Assembly: GCA_963718665.1 (NCBI GenBank)
Contig: OY970359.1
Location: 704,001 to 768,000 of the forward strand
Direction of reading: 5' to 3'
From: an uncultured Phycisphaerales bacterium
GTDB lineage: Bacteria; Planctomycetota; Phycisphaerae; Sedimentisphaerales; Anaerobacaceae
DNA length: 64,000 nt
Part shown: positions 41,141-50,989 of the stretch, piece after piece
Numbering within the stretch: position 1 is the stretch's first letter
Layout: the number at the start of each line of letters is the position of its first letter
Position numbers and translations under genes: made by a program
Notes under the pieces: model-generated
Told to the model about the DNA's origin: nothing
What the model saw: only the letters and a program-made list of their open reading frames with translations
The model's database searches: none

Positions 41141-42469
41141 TTATCTCTGACTGATGCCCCGATTTAACTGTCTTTGCAGGTCTTTGAGGCGGTTTGTTTC
41201 GTCAAAGCCGAGCAGGATAACAGGAAAAGCGGTCTTATTGTGCAATAACGGCTCATCGATATCGACCCATTTGCGGCAAAGCTCGCCGTCGGGTGTACCC
41301 GGTATAGGCGAAAAATCGGCGAGCATTCCCTTTATGCCAAGGTGATTCACAAAACGCATCGATTCTTCCAAATCAGCAACGTTGGTTTTCGGATGGCCCA
41401 GAATCTGGTAAGCAGTGATATTATTCGGCTCCGTGCCCGCCTGCCCTGAGTATAATCGAAGGGCGGATTTCAGATTCGCCACCGCCTCCGCTAACTCCTC
41501 CGAAAAGACCTTTGAGCCGGTTTGCTTCTGCCAATCTCTCGAACTGCTTTCAAAACCAAGATAAAAACATTTGAAGCCCGCACGCACCATTAAATCCGCG
41601 AGTTCTTTTGTTAAAAAGCGGACATTAATGGCGTTGGGGCTGTGAAAATTTACTTTTATATCTCGCTGAATGACTTCATTAAAAAACGGAGTCAAAACAT
41701 TTTTTGCGTCGAATAACAAAGCATCATCATAAAACGCGACATTTCTCGCTCCAAGTTTCACAAGAAGCTCCAGCTCCGCCAGCGATCTCTGCAATGAGCG
41801 GGGCCGAAATTTGCCATACACTTTTGGCACAAGACAATACGTACATTCAAACGGACAGCCATCGCTGAGCTTCAATACCCCGACGCTTAATTTGTCGTAT
41901 GCCTCCCATAGTCCCGGCTGACTCAAATCCGATTCAAGACCAACGAAATCCCAAAGCAGCCCAAGGTTATTCCCCTCGACAAGCAAATCCGCTCCAAGTT
42001 TTTCGGCGTGGCTATGACACAGCGTTACATAGTTGCCACCGACGATTATTTTAGCGGCCGGCATCGCCCGGCGAATGTCCTCAATTACCTCCCGCACGCC
42101 CGGATACCAGTAGGTCATTACGGTGCCGACAAAAACAAAGTCGTAACCCGTGTGTTTAGCGAGAAAATCCTGAAAGACCGACCTCGGCAGACCAAACCGC
42201 CTGAATGAACGCGGGATATCTCTCAAACAATCAGGATTGGGGATTTTCTCGAAATAAAACCTGCCCCTGCCCCACTGGTCGGCCTCGATTTCCTTGTGAG
42301 TCGAACAAAAAGGATGCAGGCGGTCGAGGTAATCGAAAAGGGTAGATTCCGCCCTGCCGCGAAGGTATCCCGCGATGCTCAACAGGCCGTAGGGTTTGAG
42401 CCAGAAATCATACGCGGCGAAATCGTATATCGGCGGATTTACAAGTAATATCCTTGGCGTCGCTGACAC
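41141..42469 (-). CDS. B12-binding radical SAM protein
   Basis: CPFECTYC; N-terminal cobalamin-binding-like region (MTYWYPG, IIVGG.Y). Confidence 0.88.
   Translation of the reverse strand: MSATPRILLVNPPIYDFAAYDFWLKPYGLLSIAGYLRGRAESTLFDYLDRLHPFCSTHKEIEADQWGRGRFYFEKIPNPDCLRDIPRSFRRFGLPRSVFQDFLAKHTGYDFVFVGTVMTYWYPGVREVIEDIRRAMPAAKIIVGGNYVTLCHSHAEKLGADLLVEGNNLGLLWDFVGLESDLSQPGLWEAYDKLSVGVLKLSDGCPFECTYCLVPKVYGKFRPRSLQRSLAELELLVKLGARNVAFYDDALLFDAKNVLTPFFNEVIQRDIKVNFHSPNAINVRFLTKELADLMVRAGFKCFYLGFESSSRDWQKQTGSKVFSEELAEAVANLKSALRLYSGQAGTEPNNITAYQILGHPKTNVADLEESMRFVNHLGIKGMLADFSPIPGTPDGELCRKWVDIDEPLLHNKTAFPVILLGFDETNRLKDLQRQLNRGISQR
41438..41464 (-). repeat. In-frame ~24-nt palindromic element inside the radical SAM gene
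   Basis: cccttcgattatactcagggcaggc, encoding LRLYSGQA; resembles the cccttcgac..gctcaggg element at 21297-21347. Confidence 0.6.
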
Positions 42470-42563
42470 GGTTCGATTGCCCTAAAAACAATATCAAAAA
42501 TAATCAACAAGCATCGGCAATCGGCGTTTTTTGTCAATAGTTTTCTGACAGGAGAAGAACAAC

Positions 42564-43346
42564 TTAATGGTGATGGGAATCCGCGGGTTTTTGGGGACGA
42601 TTAGGCCAGCCAAGAATATCGAACAGAAAATAACTCGACCGCTTTATCATTTCGACCGGCGTGCAGGGCGTCATCTCGAGCGAACCGATAACATCGTTAT
42701 TATATTTTTCCAGCGACTTCAGCAGATAATCAAAATCATTCTGATTCGCCCCGCCTGAACAGCCAAGAGGCCTGTGGTCATCGCAACTGCCGTTGTGGTC
42801 GGTAAGATGCAAATGAGTGGTCCTTTTGGCAAGCGTATCGACATACTCATTGAAACTGTGCCCGGCGTCGCATCTCGCAAAGCCGGTGTCAAAGCAATAC
42901 CATATCGACTTGAAACGACGGCCGATATCTTTGAGCATATCCAGCGGCCCCGTTTCGATACAAAGTTTTACGCCCTCATCTTTTGCCATCCCGACGACAT
43001 CGGCAATAAAATCGCCATCGTCGGCGTTTTTGCCCTGCATACGCAAACTCTGCAAATCAGCGACGATATTGGCCTTGAGGAGTTTCGCGCAGCCGATTTG
43101 CTCGGCCCACTGCTCAATGCTCGGATTATCATTGCGGGAACGCATCGAGACAAGCATACCCTCGGTAGCGGTCTCAAGCCGGGGCCAGTCACGCTTGTCG
43201 TACCGGCACTCGTCAAGCCCCCCTATATTAGGCCCAAGTTCAACGCCCAAACCGAGCGTCCGCAGCAGGTCACATTCCTGCTCCAGAGACAACCGGCTCT
43301 GCTTACCCCAAAACGCCATTGTCGAGACAACGTATCTTATCTTCAT
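42564..43346 (-). CDS. Sugar phosphate isomerase/epimerase (TIM barrel) family
   Basis: LCIET, CFDTG, HLHLTD, DHRPLG and SLEM motifs. Confidence 0.8.
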   Translation of the reverse strand: MKIRYVVSTMAFWGKQSRLSLEQECDLLRTLGLGVELGPNIGGLDECRYDKRDWPRLETATEGMLVSMRSRNDNPSIEQWAEQIGCAKLLKANIVADLQSLRMQGKNADDGDFIADVVGMAKDEGVKLCIETGPLDMLKDIGRRFKSIWYCFDTGFARCDAGHSFNEYVDTLAKRTTHLHLTDHNGSCDDHRPLGCSGGANQNDFDYLLKSLEKYNNDVIGSLEMTPCTPVEMIKRSSYFLFDILGWPNRPQKPADSHHH

Positions 43347-43569
43347 CCAGGCACCACTGTAAAAAGTCGAAACCCCATCCCCTATTAAAGTGTGGGTAAT
43401 CTTTTATCGATTAAAAAACGAGCAATCTTCAGCTATTTCCCAAAGCTACCCTTCTGGTCCGGTAATAGCCCAAATATCAACGTCAAACTACACCCTAAAA
43501 TCCTTCCAAAACCTGATTATTCAGGCAAAAATCACGCATACATAATCATTAAACTTGTCAAAAATCCTA

Positions 43570-43597
43570 TTGATTTATACGCGGATTACGGTAAAAT
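43570..43597 (+). promoter_or_regulatory. Putative rpmE promoter
   Basis: TTGATT-16 bp-TAAAAT. Confidence 0.45.
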
Positions 43598-43625
43598 AGT
43601 GCTTTTGATTGTTCTGGAGTAAATT

Positions 43626-43847
43626 ATGAAGAAAGACATACATCCGAAATATGACAAAGTCGTGGTTCACTGCGGCTGCGGAAATACCTTTGAAACCCGC
43701 AGCACCGCAAGCGAAATCCACGCGGAAATCTGCTCTGCCTGCCATCCTTTCTACACAGGCAAGCAGAAGTACGTCGATACCGCCGGCCGGGTCGAGCGTT
43801 TCCAGAAGAAATACGGCACCGACTACTTCAAAAAACAGAAAAAGTAG
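43626..43847 (+). CDS. rpmE: 50S ribosomal protein L31 (Zn-binding type)
   Basis: [23 protein letters not shown] and DTAGRVERF motifs. Confidence 0.98.
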   Translation: MKKDIHPKYDKVVVHCGCGNTFETRSTASEIHAEICSACHPFYTGKQKYVDTAGRVERFQKKYGTDYFKKQKK

Positions 43848-43867
43848 TTCCTACGCAGAATCACTAT

Positions 43868-43913
43868 CAGGGCTCCTTTTTTGGTCGTTTGTTCGCAAAA
43901 GCGGAGCCCTGAT
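43868..43913. other. Stem-loop between rpmE and prfA
   Basis: ATCAGGGCTCC / GGAGCCCTGAT 11-bp stem. Confidence 0.6.
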
Positions 43914-43955
43914 TGTTTTACTCCCTTTCTAAAAGTAAATTACCGGAACAATACT

Positions 43956-45044
43956 ATGCCCCAAGCAAATACGCCTTTAATTACGAAACTGACCGAGATT
44001 GAGGCCCGTTTCGACGAGCTGCAAAAGCAGATGGAAAACCCTGACATCGCATGCGAATCCACCAAGCTTATTGCGATGGCGAAGGAACAGGGCAAAATCA
44101 AGGGACTGGTTGCAAAATTTCGCGACTATAAGAAAGCTACGGGGGAAGCGGAGCACGCCGAGCAGCTTATAAACAGCGACTCAACCGAGGCAGAGCTTAA
44201 GGAAATGGCGAAAGAGGAGCTCCAGCAGCTCAATGCCAAAAAGACAACGCTTCTGGCGGAACTACAGGACAAGCTGCTTACCGCCGACGACGATTCAATC
44301 GGTTCGGTCATTATGGAAATACGCGCGGGTACAGGCGGTGAAGAAGCAGCCCTGTTCGCACGCGACCTTTATACGATGTACACAAAATACGCGACCGACC
44401 GCGGGTGGAAAGTCGAAGACCTGGATTTCAGCACCACAGACAGGGGCGGGTTCCGCGAAGTAATATTCGGAATCAAGGGCGAAGGGGTATGGACGGAACT
44501 GGGCTATGAAGGCGGAGGCCACCGGGTCCAGAGAGTGCCGGAAACCGAGGCACAGGGCAGAATTCATACGTCCGCGGCTACTGTCGCGGTTTTGCCTGAG
44601 CCGGAAGAAGTGGATATCCAGATAAATCCCGAAGACGTTGTCGAGCAGGTGTGCAGGTCAAGCGGCCCCGGCGGTCAAAAGGTCAACAAAACAAGCAGCG
44701 CGATACGACTCGAACATATCCCGACGGGAATCACCGTCCGTATGCAGGAAGAAAAAAGTCAGCATAAAAACCGCGCAAAGGCGTGGCGAATATTGCGAAG
44801 CCGGCTTTATGAATTTCACGAGAGCAAGAGAGTAGCCGAACGCGACGCAAAACGCAAAACGATGATTGGCTCGGGCGACCGCAGCGAGAAAATCAGAACA
44901 TATAACTTCCCGCAGAACCGCGTTACCGACCACAGAATCAACCTGTCGCTTTACACATTGGACAAGATACTCGCAGGCGAAGCGGGCGAACTGTTCAAAT
45001 CGCTGAAAGAACACGATATTCAGGAACGGCTGAAAAACCTCTAA
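43956..45044 (+). CDS. prfA: Peptide chain release factor 1
   Basis: [18 protein letters not shown] (PxT), GPGGQ and RTYNFPQNR motifs. Confidence 0.96.
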   Translation: MPQANTPLITKLTEIEARFDELQKQMENPDIACESTKLIAMAKEQGKIKGLVAKFRDYKKATGEAEHAEQLINSDSTEAELKEMAKEELQQLNAKKTTLLAELQDKLLTADDDSIGSVIMEIRAGTGGEEAALFARDLYTMYTKYATDRGWKVEDLDFSTTDRGGFREVIFGIKGEGVWTELGYEGGGHRVQRVPETEAQGRIHTSAATVAVLPEPEEVDIQINPEDVVEQVCRSSGPGGQKVNKTSSAIRLEHIPTGITVRMQEEKSQHKNRAKAWRILRSRLYEFHESKRVAERDAKRKTMIGSGDRSEKIRTYNFPQNRVTDHRINLSLYTLDKILAGEAGELFKSLKEHDIQERLKNL

Positions 45045-45049
45045 CCTTT

Positions 45050-45072
45050 GTAGGGCGGGGTTTACCCCGCCG
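45050..45072. repeat. GTAG-foot REP palindrome
   Basis: GTAGGGCGGGGTTTACCCCGCCG. Confidence 0.75.
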
Positions 45073-45081
45073 AGCAAAACT

Positions 45082-46170
45082 ATGGTAATCGTCGTAACAG
45101 GATTGGTCGGGCTGGACAAAAAAAGCTACCTTAAGAAGGTGTGCGATTATGCGGGCCTTCAAGGCAAAGAGGTGATGCTGTGCAACGTCGGCGATATGAT
45201 GTATGAGGAGGCGCCCGATATAACGCCGGGGAAAATTTTAGATATACCGCTTAAACGGCTGCACTCGCTTCGCAGAAGTGTTTTCAAGGATGTCATCGCA
45301 AAAGCGAAAAAGGCCCCGAACCTGATTGTCAATACACACGCGACTTTCCGCTGGAGGCACGGTTTGTTCCCGGCAGTTGATTTTGACCAGATGCGCCAGC
45401 TCGACGCGAGCATCTATATCTGCCTGATTGACGGCGTCGCCGCACTGCATAGCCGACTGCTCAGCGAACATTTCACCGAACACACACTCAAAGACCTTAT
45501 CGTCTGGCGGGAAGAGGAAATAATCGGCACCGAAATGCTCTGCAAAGGCATCAACGACGATATGCCATTTTACTGCCTCGCCCACGGGGGAACCGAAGAA
45601 ACAATCGAAGCGTTTTACCGACTGGTATTTGAGCCGAAAATCAAACGCGCGTATCTTAGCTTCCCGATGACCGCAGTCACAGACCTCGAAGACGTAAAAA
45701 AAGAAATCGGCGAGTTCAGACAGACGATGAAAAAACACTTCACCTGCTTTGACCCCGGCGATTTGGAAGAGGCGTTCCTGCCGCGTATGGCCCTTGAGGC
45801 CGCTGAAGACGGCAAGGATTTTCTCGAAATCGAGGCGGGCGGCAAAACCGTCCGGCTGAACCTCGACCAGATTCGTCAAATCGAACGCGATATATACAGC
45901 CAGACCTACGCGCGTGACTTTCTGCTTATCGACCAGTCCGATATGATTATCAGCTTTATCCCCACCCTGCCCGACGGCCGGGCGGCCATCTCAAGCGGCG
46001 TCGAACGCGAATTGCAGCACGCACACGAGGCAGCCAAGGACGTTTATGTAATCTGGACCGCGAAACAAACGCCATCGGTGTTTGTAACGCAGACCGCGAC
46101 AAAGCTTTTTGACAACACCAAAAGCGCACTGGAATTTTTCAATAAGAAAAAACTAACCCCGTCCGTTTGA
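45082..46170 (+). CDS. NMP-kinase-like P-loop domain fused to a nucleoside deoxyribosyltransferase-like domain
   Basis: N-terminal VVTGLVGLDKK, NTHATF and WREEE; C-terminal AYLSFPMT, DP, RDFLLIDQSD and SSGVERELQHA. Confidence 0.6.
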   Translation: MVIVVTGLVGLDKKSYLKKVCDYAGLQGKEVMLCNVGDMMYEEAPDITPGKILDIPLKRLHSLRRSVFKDVIAKAKKAPNLIVNTHATFRWRHGLFPAVDFDQMRQLDASIYICLIDGVAALHSRLLSEHFTEHTLKDLIVWREEEIIGTEMLCKGINDDMPFYCLAHGGTEETIEAFYRLVFEPKIKRAYLSFPMTAVTDLEDVKKEIGEFRQTMKKHFTCFDPGDLEEAFLPRMALEAAEDGKDFLEIEAGGKTVRLNLDQIRQIERDIYSQTYARDFLLIDQSDMIISFIPTLPDGRAAISSGVERELQHAHEAAKDVYVIWTAKQTPSVFVTQTATKLFDNTKSALEFFNKKKLTPSV

Positions 46171-46244
46171 CAACGCCCAATGAATTTTGAAAACACATTT
46201 ATTGTTTTGCTTGCGGCCGACAGCACAAGAATGAGGCAGCCAAA

Positions 46245-47672
46245 ATGACTATCGCCATATTCAAGACAGTCAAAAAGCAAACCGCCTGTGATTTACACAG
46301 CAAAATTAAATCAGCCGAAATCAACCTTGATTCACTTAGCGAAGTTTTCTCCGCCCTGCCTAGAGTAGCAATCCTCGGCGGCAATTCCTCAAAAGAAACT
46401 GCCGACGGATTTTCATACTGGATGGCAATGCCTAAAGAGGTCTTTGAATTTCGTGCGGGCCAGGTTGAGCCGCTTGAAAAATTACAAAAAATTCTGGATA
46501 AATACAAACCCGCAAAGCCCCCCCTGCCTAATGGTATGTTCACAGGCGGATGGGTCGGCTTCTTCGGCTACGAACTCGGTGAATATTTAGAACCAGTCCC
46601 CCGCTCAAAAACCGATGAGCTGCAACTGCCCTTAATTCGCCTGTGTTTTTATGACCGGCTGATTGCTTATGACCACAAGAAAAAAACCTTCCAACTGATT
46701 ACCCTCGAACTCGATAACGATGCCGAAACCCTCCAGCAAAAATTATCATTCCTCGAAACCCTTCTCAACAAGGCCCGCAATATACGAGTGCCGACACCAA
46801 AATCTACCGATATCGAGAATACCGACTTTTCGCGGATTCGGTCGAATATGACCAAGTATTATTACCTCAGGGCCTTCGAGAAAATCAAACGCCACATATA
46901 CGACGGCGATGTATATCAGATAAATTTCTCGCAGCGCTTTTGTTGCGAATATAACGCCCGGCCAATCGACCTCTTCCACTGGCAGAACCGCTACAATCCA
47001 AGTCCATATTCCGCCTATATCGACGCGGGCGATTTCCAAATCGTAAGTACCTCGCCCGAAATGTTCATAACCGTAAAAGACGGCATAATCAGCACAAAAC
47101 CAATCAAGGGAACCCGCAAACGGCTCGAAGAAGCTTCCACCGAGGCGAAGCGAATCAACGCGGAAAATCTTCAGCAGCTTATCGACAGCGTTAAGGAAAA
47201 AGCTGAATTGAATATGATTATCGACCTTAAGCGAAACGACCTCGCCCGACTCTGCGTCCCAGGAACAAGAAAGGTCGCCCAGCCAAGGACTATCGAGACC
47301 TACAGAAGCGTTTTTCACGCGGTAGCAACTATCACGGGAAAACTCCGGGACAACGTAAATTTCCGTGATATTCTAAAGGCGGTATTTCCCGGCGGGTCAA
47401 TCACGGGCGCACCAAAAATTCGCTCGATGCAAATCATAAACGAAACTGAGCCGACCGCGCGAGGCGTTTACACGGGCAGCATCGGCTATATCGGCCTCGA
47501 TGGCAGTGTGTGCTTGAATATCGCCATACGCACGATTATCATTAAAAACAAATCGGCTTACGTCCAGACGGGCGGCGGCATCGTCGCCGACTCCAACCCG
47601 ATAGCTGAATGGAACGAAACTTTGGTAAAAGCACGGGCACTATTAGCAGGAATAGCTGCGGTGAATCACTGA
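46245..47672 (+). CDS. pabB: Aminodeoxychorismate synthase component I
   Basis: GDVYQIN, SPEMF, PIKGT, FPGGSITGAPK, LNIAIRT and GGGIVADS motifs. Confidence 0.88.
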   Translation: MTIAIFKTVKKQTACDLHSKIKSAEINLDSLSEVFSALPRVAILGGNSSKETADGFSYWMAMPKEVFEFRAGQVEPLEKLQKILDKYKPAKPPLPNGMFTGGWVGFFGYELGEYLEPVPRSKTDELQLPLIRLCFYDRLIAYDHKKKTFQLITLELDNDAETLQQKLSFLETLLNKARNIRVPTPKSTDIENTDFSRIRSNMTKYYYLRAFEKIKRHIYDGDVYQINFSQRFCCEYNARPIDLFHWQNRYNPSPYSAYIDAGDFQIVSTSPEMFITVKDGIISTKPIKGTRKRLEEASTEAKRINAENLQQLIDSVKEKAELNMIIDLKRNDLARLCVPGTRKVAQPRTIETYRSVFHAVATITGKLRDNVNFRDILKAVFPGGSITGAPKIRSMQIINETEPTARGVYTGSIGYIGLDGSVCLNIAIRTIIIKNKSAYVQTGGGIVADSNPIAEWNETLVKARALLAGIAAVNH

Positions 47673-48535
47673 TGGCAGATACGGTTTACCTAAATGACAA
47701 ACTGATAAACATCGATGAAGCCGGCATATCGGTCGGCGACAGCGGATTTTTATATGGGGCCGGGCTGTTTGAAACGATGCGGGCATATAACAGCATCGTC
47801 TTTCGGCTCAATGACCACTCAGACAGATTATTAGCAAGCGCAAAGACCTTGTTCATTGAACATTCTTATAACAAAGAATACCTCAAAGAAGCCGTTTATA
47901 AAGTTATCGAAGCAAATAACCTCACAGATGCCCGGATTCGGCTGACACTTTCAGCAGGGGCAATTCCACAGGCGCAGGCAAAACCGAATCCAACATTGCT
48001 CGTAACCGCGACAAAATTCCAACCCTACCCGGCTGAATATTACAAAAAAGGCGTGCTTATTGTGCTGTGCCCGACAAGACAAAACACAAGCGACCCGGCC
48101 TGCGGACACAAGACAACAAGTTACTTATCGCGTATGCTTGCGTTAAAACAAGCTCATGAAAAAATGGCCGCTGAGGCGATATGGTTCACAACCGATGGGC
48201 GATTAGCAGAGGGGTGTGTCAGCAACGTATTTTTGGTAAAGGATTCCAAATTATTCACGCCGAGGATTAATACACCTGTGCTGCCCGGCATCGCAAGGAA
48301 AACCGTTTGCGAACTGGCAATCGCCAATAAAATTGAATTAATCGAAAAAGACCTTACAATTGACGACCTGCTCGGCGCAGATGAGGTATTTATCACAAAC
48401 GTTATTATGCAGGTAATGCCCGTCGTTGGAATCGAAAAACACAACGTCGGCGAGAGTAAGCCGGGGACAGTAACAAAAAAAATACAGGAGCATTACGACG
48501 AATTTGCGAAAAACAATTGCAGAGGTAAAAAATGA
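47672..48535 (+). CDS. Class IV aminotransferase / aminodeoxychorismate lyase-like
   Basis: YGAGLFET, HKTTSY, AEGCVSNVF and LPGIAR motifs; translationally coupled to pabB. Confidence 0.88.
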   Translation: MADTVYLNDKLINIDEAGISVGDSGFLYGAGLFETMRAYNSIVFRLNDHSDRLLASAKTLFIEHSYNKEYLKEAVYKVIEANNLTDARIRLTLSAGAIPQAQAKPNPTLLVTATKFQPYPAEYYKKGVLIVLCPTRQNTSDPACGHKTTSYLSRMLALKQAHEKMAAEAIWFTTDGRLAEGCVSNVFLVKDSKLFTPRINTPVLPGIARKTVCELAIANKIELIEKDLTIDDLLGADEVFITNVIMQVMPVVGIEKHNVGESKPGTVTKKIQEHYDEFAKNNCRGKK

Positions 48536-49644
48536 AGGTTAAAGATATAGCGGCACAAATCGAAAAAATAATCCCGCTTGGTTTAGCGCAGAGCTGGGAC
48601 AACGTAGGCCTGCTTCTCGGAAGCGCGGATAAAAACGTAAAACGCGTCCTGCTCACAATCGATATCACAGCAGACGTTCTCGCTGAGGCCAAACGGCTCA
48701 AAACCGACCTTATCGTTGCCTATCACCCTATCATCTGGGACGGCCTGAAAAAAATAAACACGCAAGGCCCGACAAGCGTCGTTTATGAGCTGATTCGTTC
48801 GGGCATACCCGTCTTTTGCATCCACACCGCACTGGATGCCGTCGAGGGAGGCGTAAATGACAGGCTTGCGGAAATAGTCGGCATACAAAACGGCCATCCG
48901 CTCGGCGATTACGTGTCCGCACCCGTCGGCAACAACTATAAACTCGCGGTTTTTGTCCCCGTGGAATCCGCGGCGAAAGTAGCCGATGCCGTATTCGCGG
49001 CAGGCGCGGGACACATCGGCAATTACAGTCATTGCAGCTTCTCATCACAGGGACAGGGAAGTTTCCTGCCCCTCGAAGGAGCGAGGCCCGCAATAGGCAA
49101 AAGAGGCGTCCTTGAAAAAGTGCCGGAATTGAAATTTGAGGCGATTGTCCCCGCGGAAAAACTCGCAGGCGTAGTAACCGCGATGCTAAATGCACATCCC
49201 TACGAGGTGCCCGCTTACGACATTTATAAACTTGTCGATGAGCAGGCAAAATTCGGCTTAGGCAGAATGGGCAAACTCGCAAAGCCAACGGCGCTATCTG
49301 AAATCATTAAAAAACTAAAGAAACATACCGGCGCAAAGGCAGTCGGCGTCGTAGGCCCCGAAAAACGCACCGTCAGGACCGCCGCCGTATGTGCCGGCTC
49401 CTGCGGCAAACTCATAAACCTCATTATCGCCGAAAATACCGACCTTTACGTTACAGGCGAGCTAAAGCACCATCAGGCCCTTGCGGCCCAGGAAGCGGGG
49501 CTTACCTGCCTGTGCCTGTCGCATACGGTTTCTGAACGATTTATCCTCAAAAAGTTAGCCAAACAGTTGCAAAAACCGCTTCAAACCGTCACAATAAGGG
49601 TAAGCACTAAAGACGCAGACCCATTTAGATGGACGAAAATATGA
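48532..49644 (+). CDS. Nif3-like dinuclear metal centre protein
   Basis: WDNVGL, HTALD, GAGHIGNYSHCSF, HPYEVPAYD and TGELKHH motifs. Confidence 0.93.
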   Translation: MKVKDIAAQIEKIIPLGLAQSWDNVGLLLGSADKNVKRVLLTIDITADVLAEAKRLKTDLIVAYHPIIWDGLKKINTQGPTSVVYELIRSGIPVFCIHTALDAVEGGVNDRLAEIVGIQNGHPLGDYVSAPVGNNYKLAVFVPVESAAKVADAVFAAGAGHIGNYSHCSFSSQGQGSFLPLEGARPAIGKRGVLEKVPELKFEAIVPAEKLAGVVTAMLNAHPYEVPAYDIYKLVDEQAKFGLGRMGKLAKPTALSEIIKKLKKHTGAKAVGVVGPEKRTVRTAAVCAGSCGKLINLIIAENTDLYVTGELKHHQALAAQEAGLTCLCLSHTVSERFILKKLAKQLQKPLQTVTIRVSTKDADPFRWTKI

Positions 49645-50408
49645 CAGAAGAAAATTTGGCAGCATCGACAGGCGAATCCGCACAAGAAACCGGCGCCGCC
49701 GATGAGCAGAACGATATAGTCGAACAAACAAACGATTCAGAACCTGCAACTGAACCGGCAAACGAACAGCCGGCACAGGATGTCGGGGCACAGGCCGAAA
49801 CTGAACCATCGGACGCTCAGCAACCACAGGAAGAACCCGAAACACCGAGCGACCAGCAGCCGCAGACAACCGACCTGCCACCAGGATTTGAGCCGACGGT
49901 TGAGTCGGTACTGGAGGCGGTGCTTTTCGCCAGCGATGAGTCGCTTACGCCCGCGCACCTGTCCGAGATTGTCGGCACAAACGTCCGCCAGCTCCGCAAG
50001 CACATTGACGACCTCAACGAAAAATACAAGGCCAACAACAACGCCTTTAGAATCGAGCAAATCGCGGGCGGTTACCAGATGCTGACGCTCAGCAAATACA
50101 ACCACTGGCTCAAGAAACTCGTCCGCGCACGCGACGACGGCAAACTCAGCCAGCCGGCCCTCGAAACACTGGCAATCATCGCCTACAAGCAGCCCATTAT
50201 CCGCGCCGATATCGAAGCGATAAGGGGCGTCGCGGCAGGCGAGATGATTCGCAACCTGATGTATAAAGGGCTGGTAAAAATAACGGGCAGGGCCGAGATT
50301 GTGGGCAGACCAATGCTTTACGGCACAACCAAAAAATTCCTCGAGGTCTTCGGCCTAAACGCCCTAAAGGACCTCCCCAAAGCCGAAGAACTCAAAAAGC
50401 CCGAGTAA
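49629..50408 (+). CDS. scpB: SMC-Scp complex subunit ScpB (long acidic N-terminal extension)
   Basis: LEAVLFAS, ALETLAIIAYKQP, IRGV and GRPMLYGTT..FL..FGL motifs. Confidence 0.95.
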   Translation: MDENMTEENLAASTGESAQETGAADEQNDIVEQTNDSEPATEPANEQPAQDVGAQAETEPSDAQQPQEEPETPSDQQPQTTDLPPGFEPTVESVLEAVLFASDESLTPAHLSEIVGTNVRQLRKHIDDLNEKYKANNNAFRIEQIAGGYQMLTLSKYNHWLKKLVRARDDGKLSQPALETLAIIAYKQPIIRADIEAIRGVAAGEMIRNLMYKGLVKITGRAEIVGRPMLYGTTKKFLEVFGLNALKDLPKAEELKKPE

Positions 50409-50435
50409 GTAAACATCCTGTGCAAAACAGTTGTT

Positions 50436-50846
50436 CTACTTCCAGACATGGCCGCAGTCCAAACATTTGTATTCTTCCTTCAGCCATGTCACCGGCAGCC
50501 GAAACAGCAGTATTGAAATAATGGCCATTTTCCAGGAATATCGCTCGTACTCGATATTCTCAGAATTGCACTTCGGGCAGGTCAGGTCATATTCACCAAG
50601 TTCGGATGGCTGTTGTGTATCGGATGATATTTCTTTTCTCGCAAGAATCTCAATTGCGGCTTTTGAGTCGGCTTCCCTTACCTTAAGTTTGATACCGCCC
50701 TCGGCCCGTGAAAGGAGCCAGTAGGTCGCCACAAAATTCTCTCCGCTAAGAAAGCACTTAATACCTTCTGATTCGAGCTTCGCCTTGGCAATATTCGCCT
50801 TATACGGCTCATCAAAACTGGCGACTGTTACTAATGTGTCGCTCAT
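50436..50846 (-). CDS. DUF2007-like protein with C-terminal zinc ribbon
   Basis: ANIAKAKLESEGI, GGIKLKV and CPKCNS...CLDCG motifs. Confidence 0.8.
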   Translation of the reverse strand: MSDTLVTVASFDEPYKANIAKAKLESEGIKCFLSGENFVATYWLLSRAEGGIKLKVREADSKAAIEILARKEISSDTQQPSELGEYDLTCPKCNSENIEYERYSWKMAIISILLFRLPVTWLKEEYKCLDCGHVWK

Positions 50847-50989
50847 ATTTTTTACCTCCCTAAAACAGACCTTATTTAACACCACCACCACTCAAAAAAC
50901 AACCCTAATCCCGCGATACCCTCGACCCGGGCTTTCCCAAAAGCAATCTCCTTGTTAGCGACCCATCAATCTGGTATATTTACCGGATT

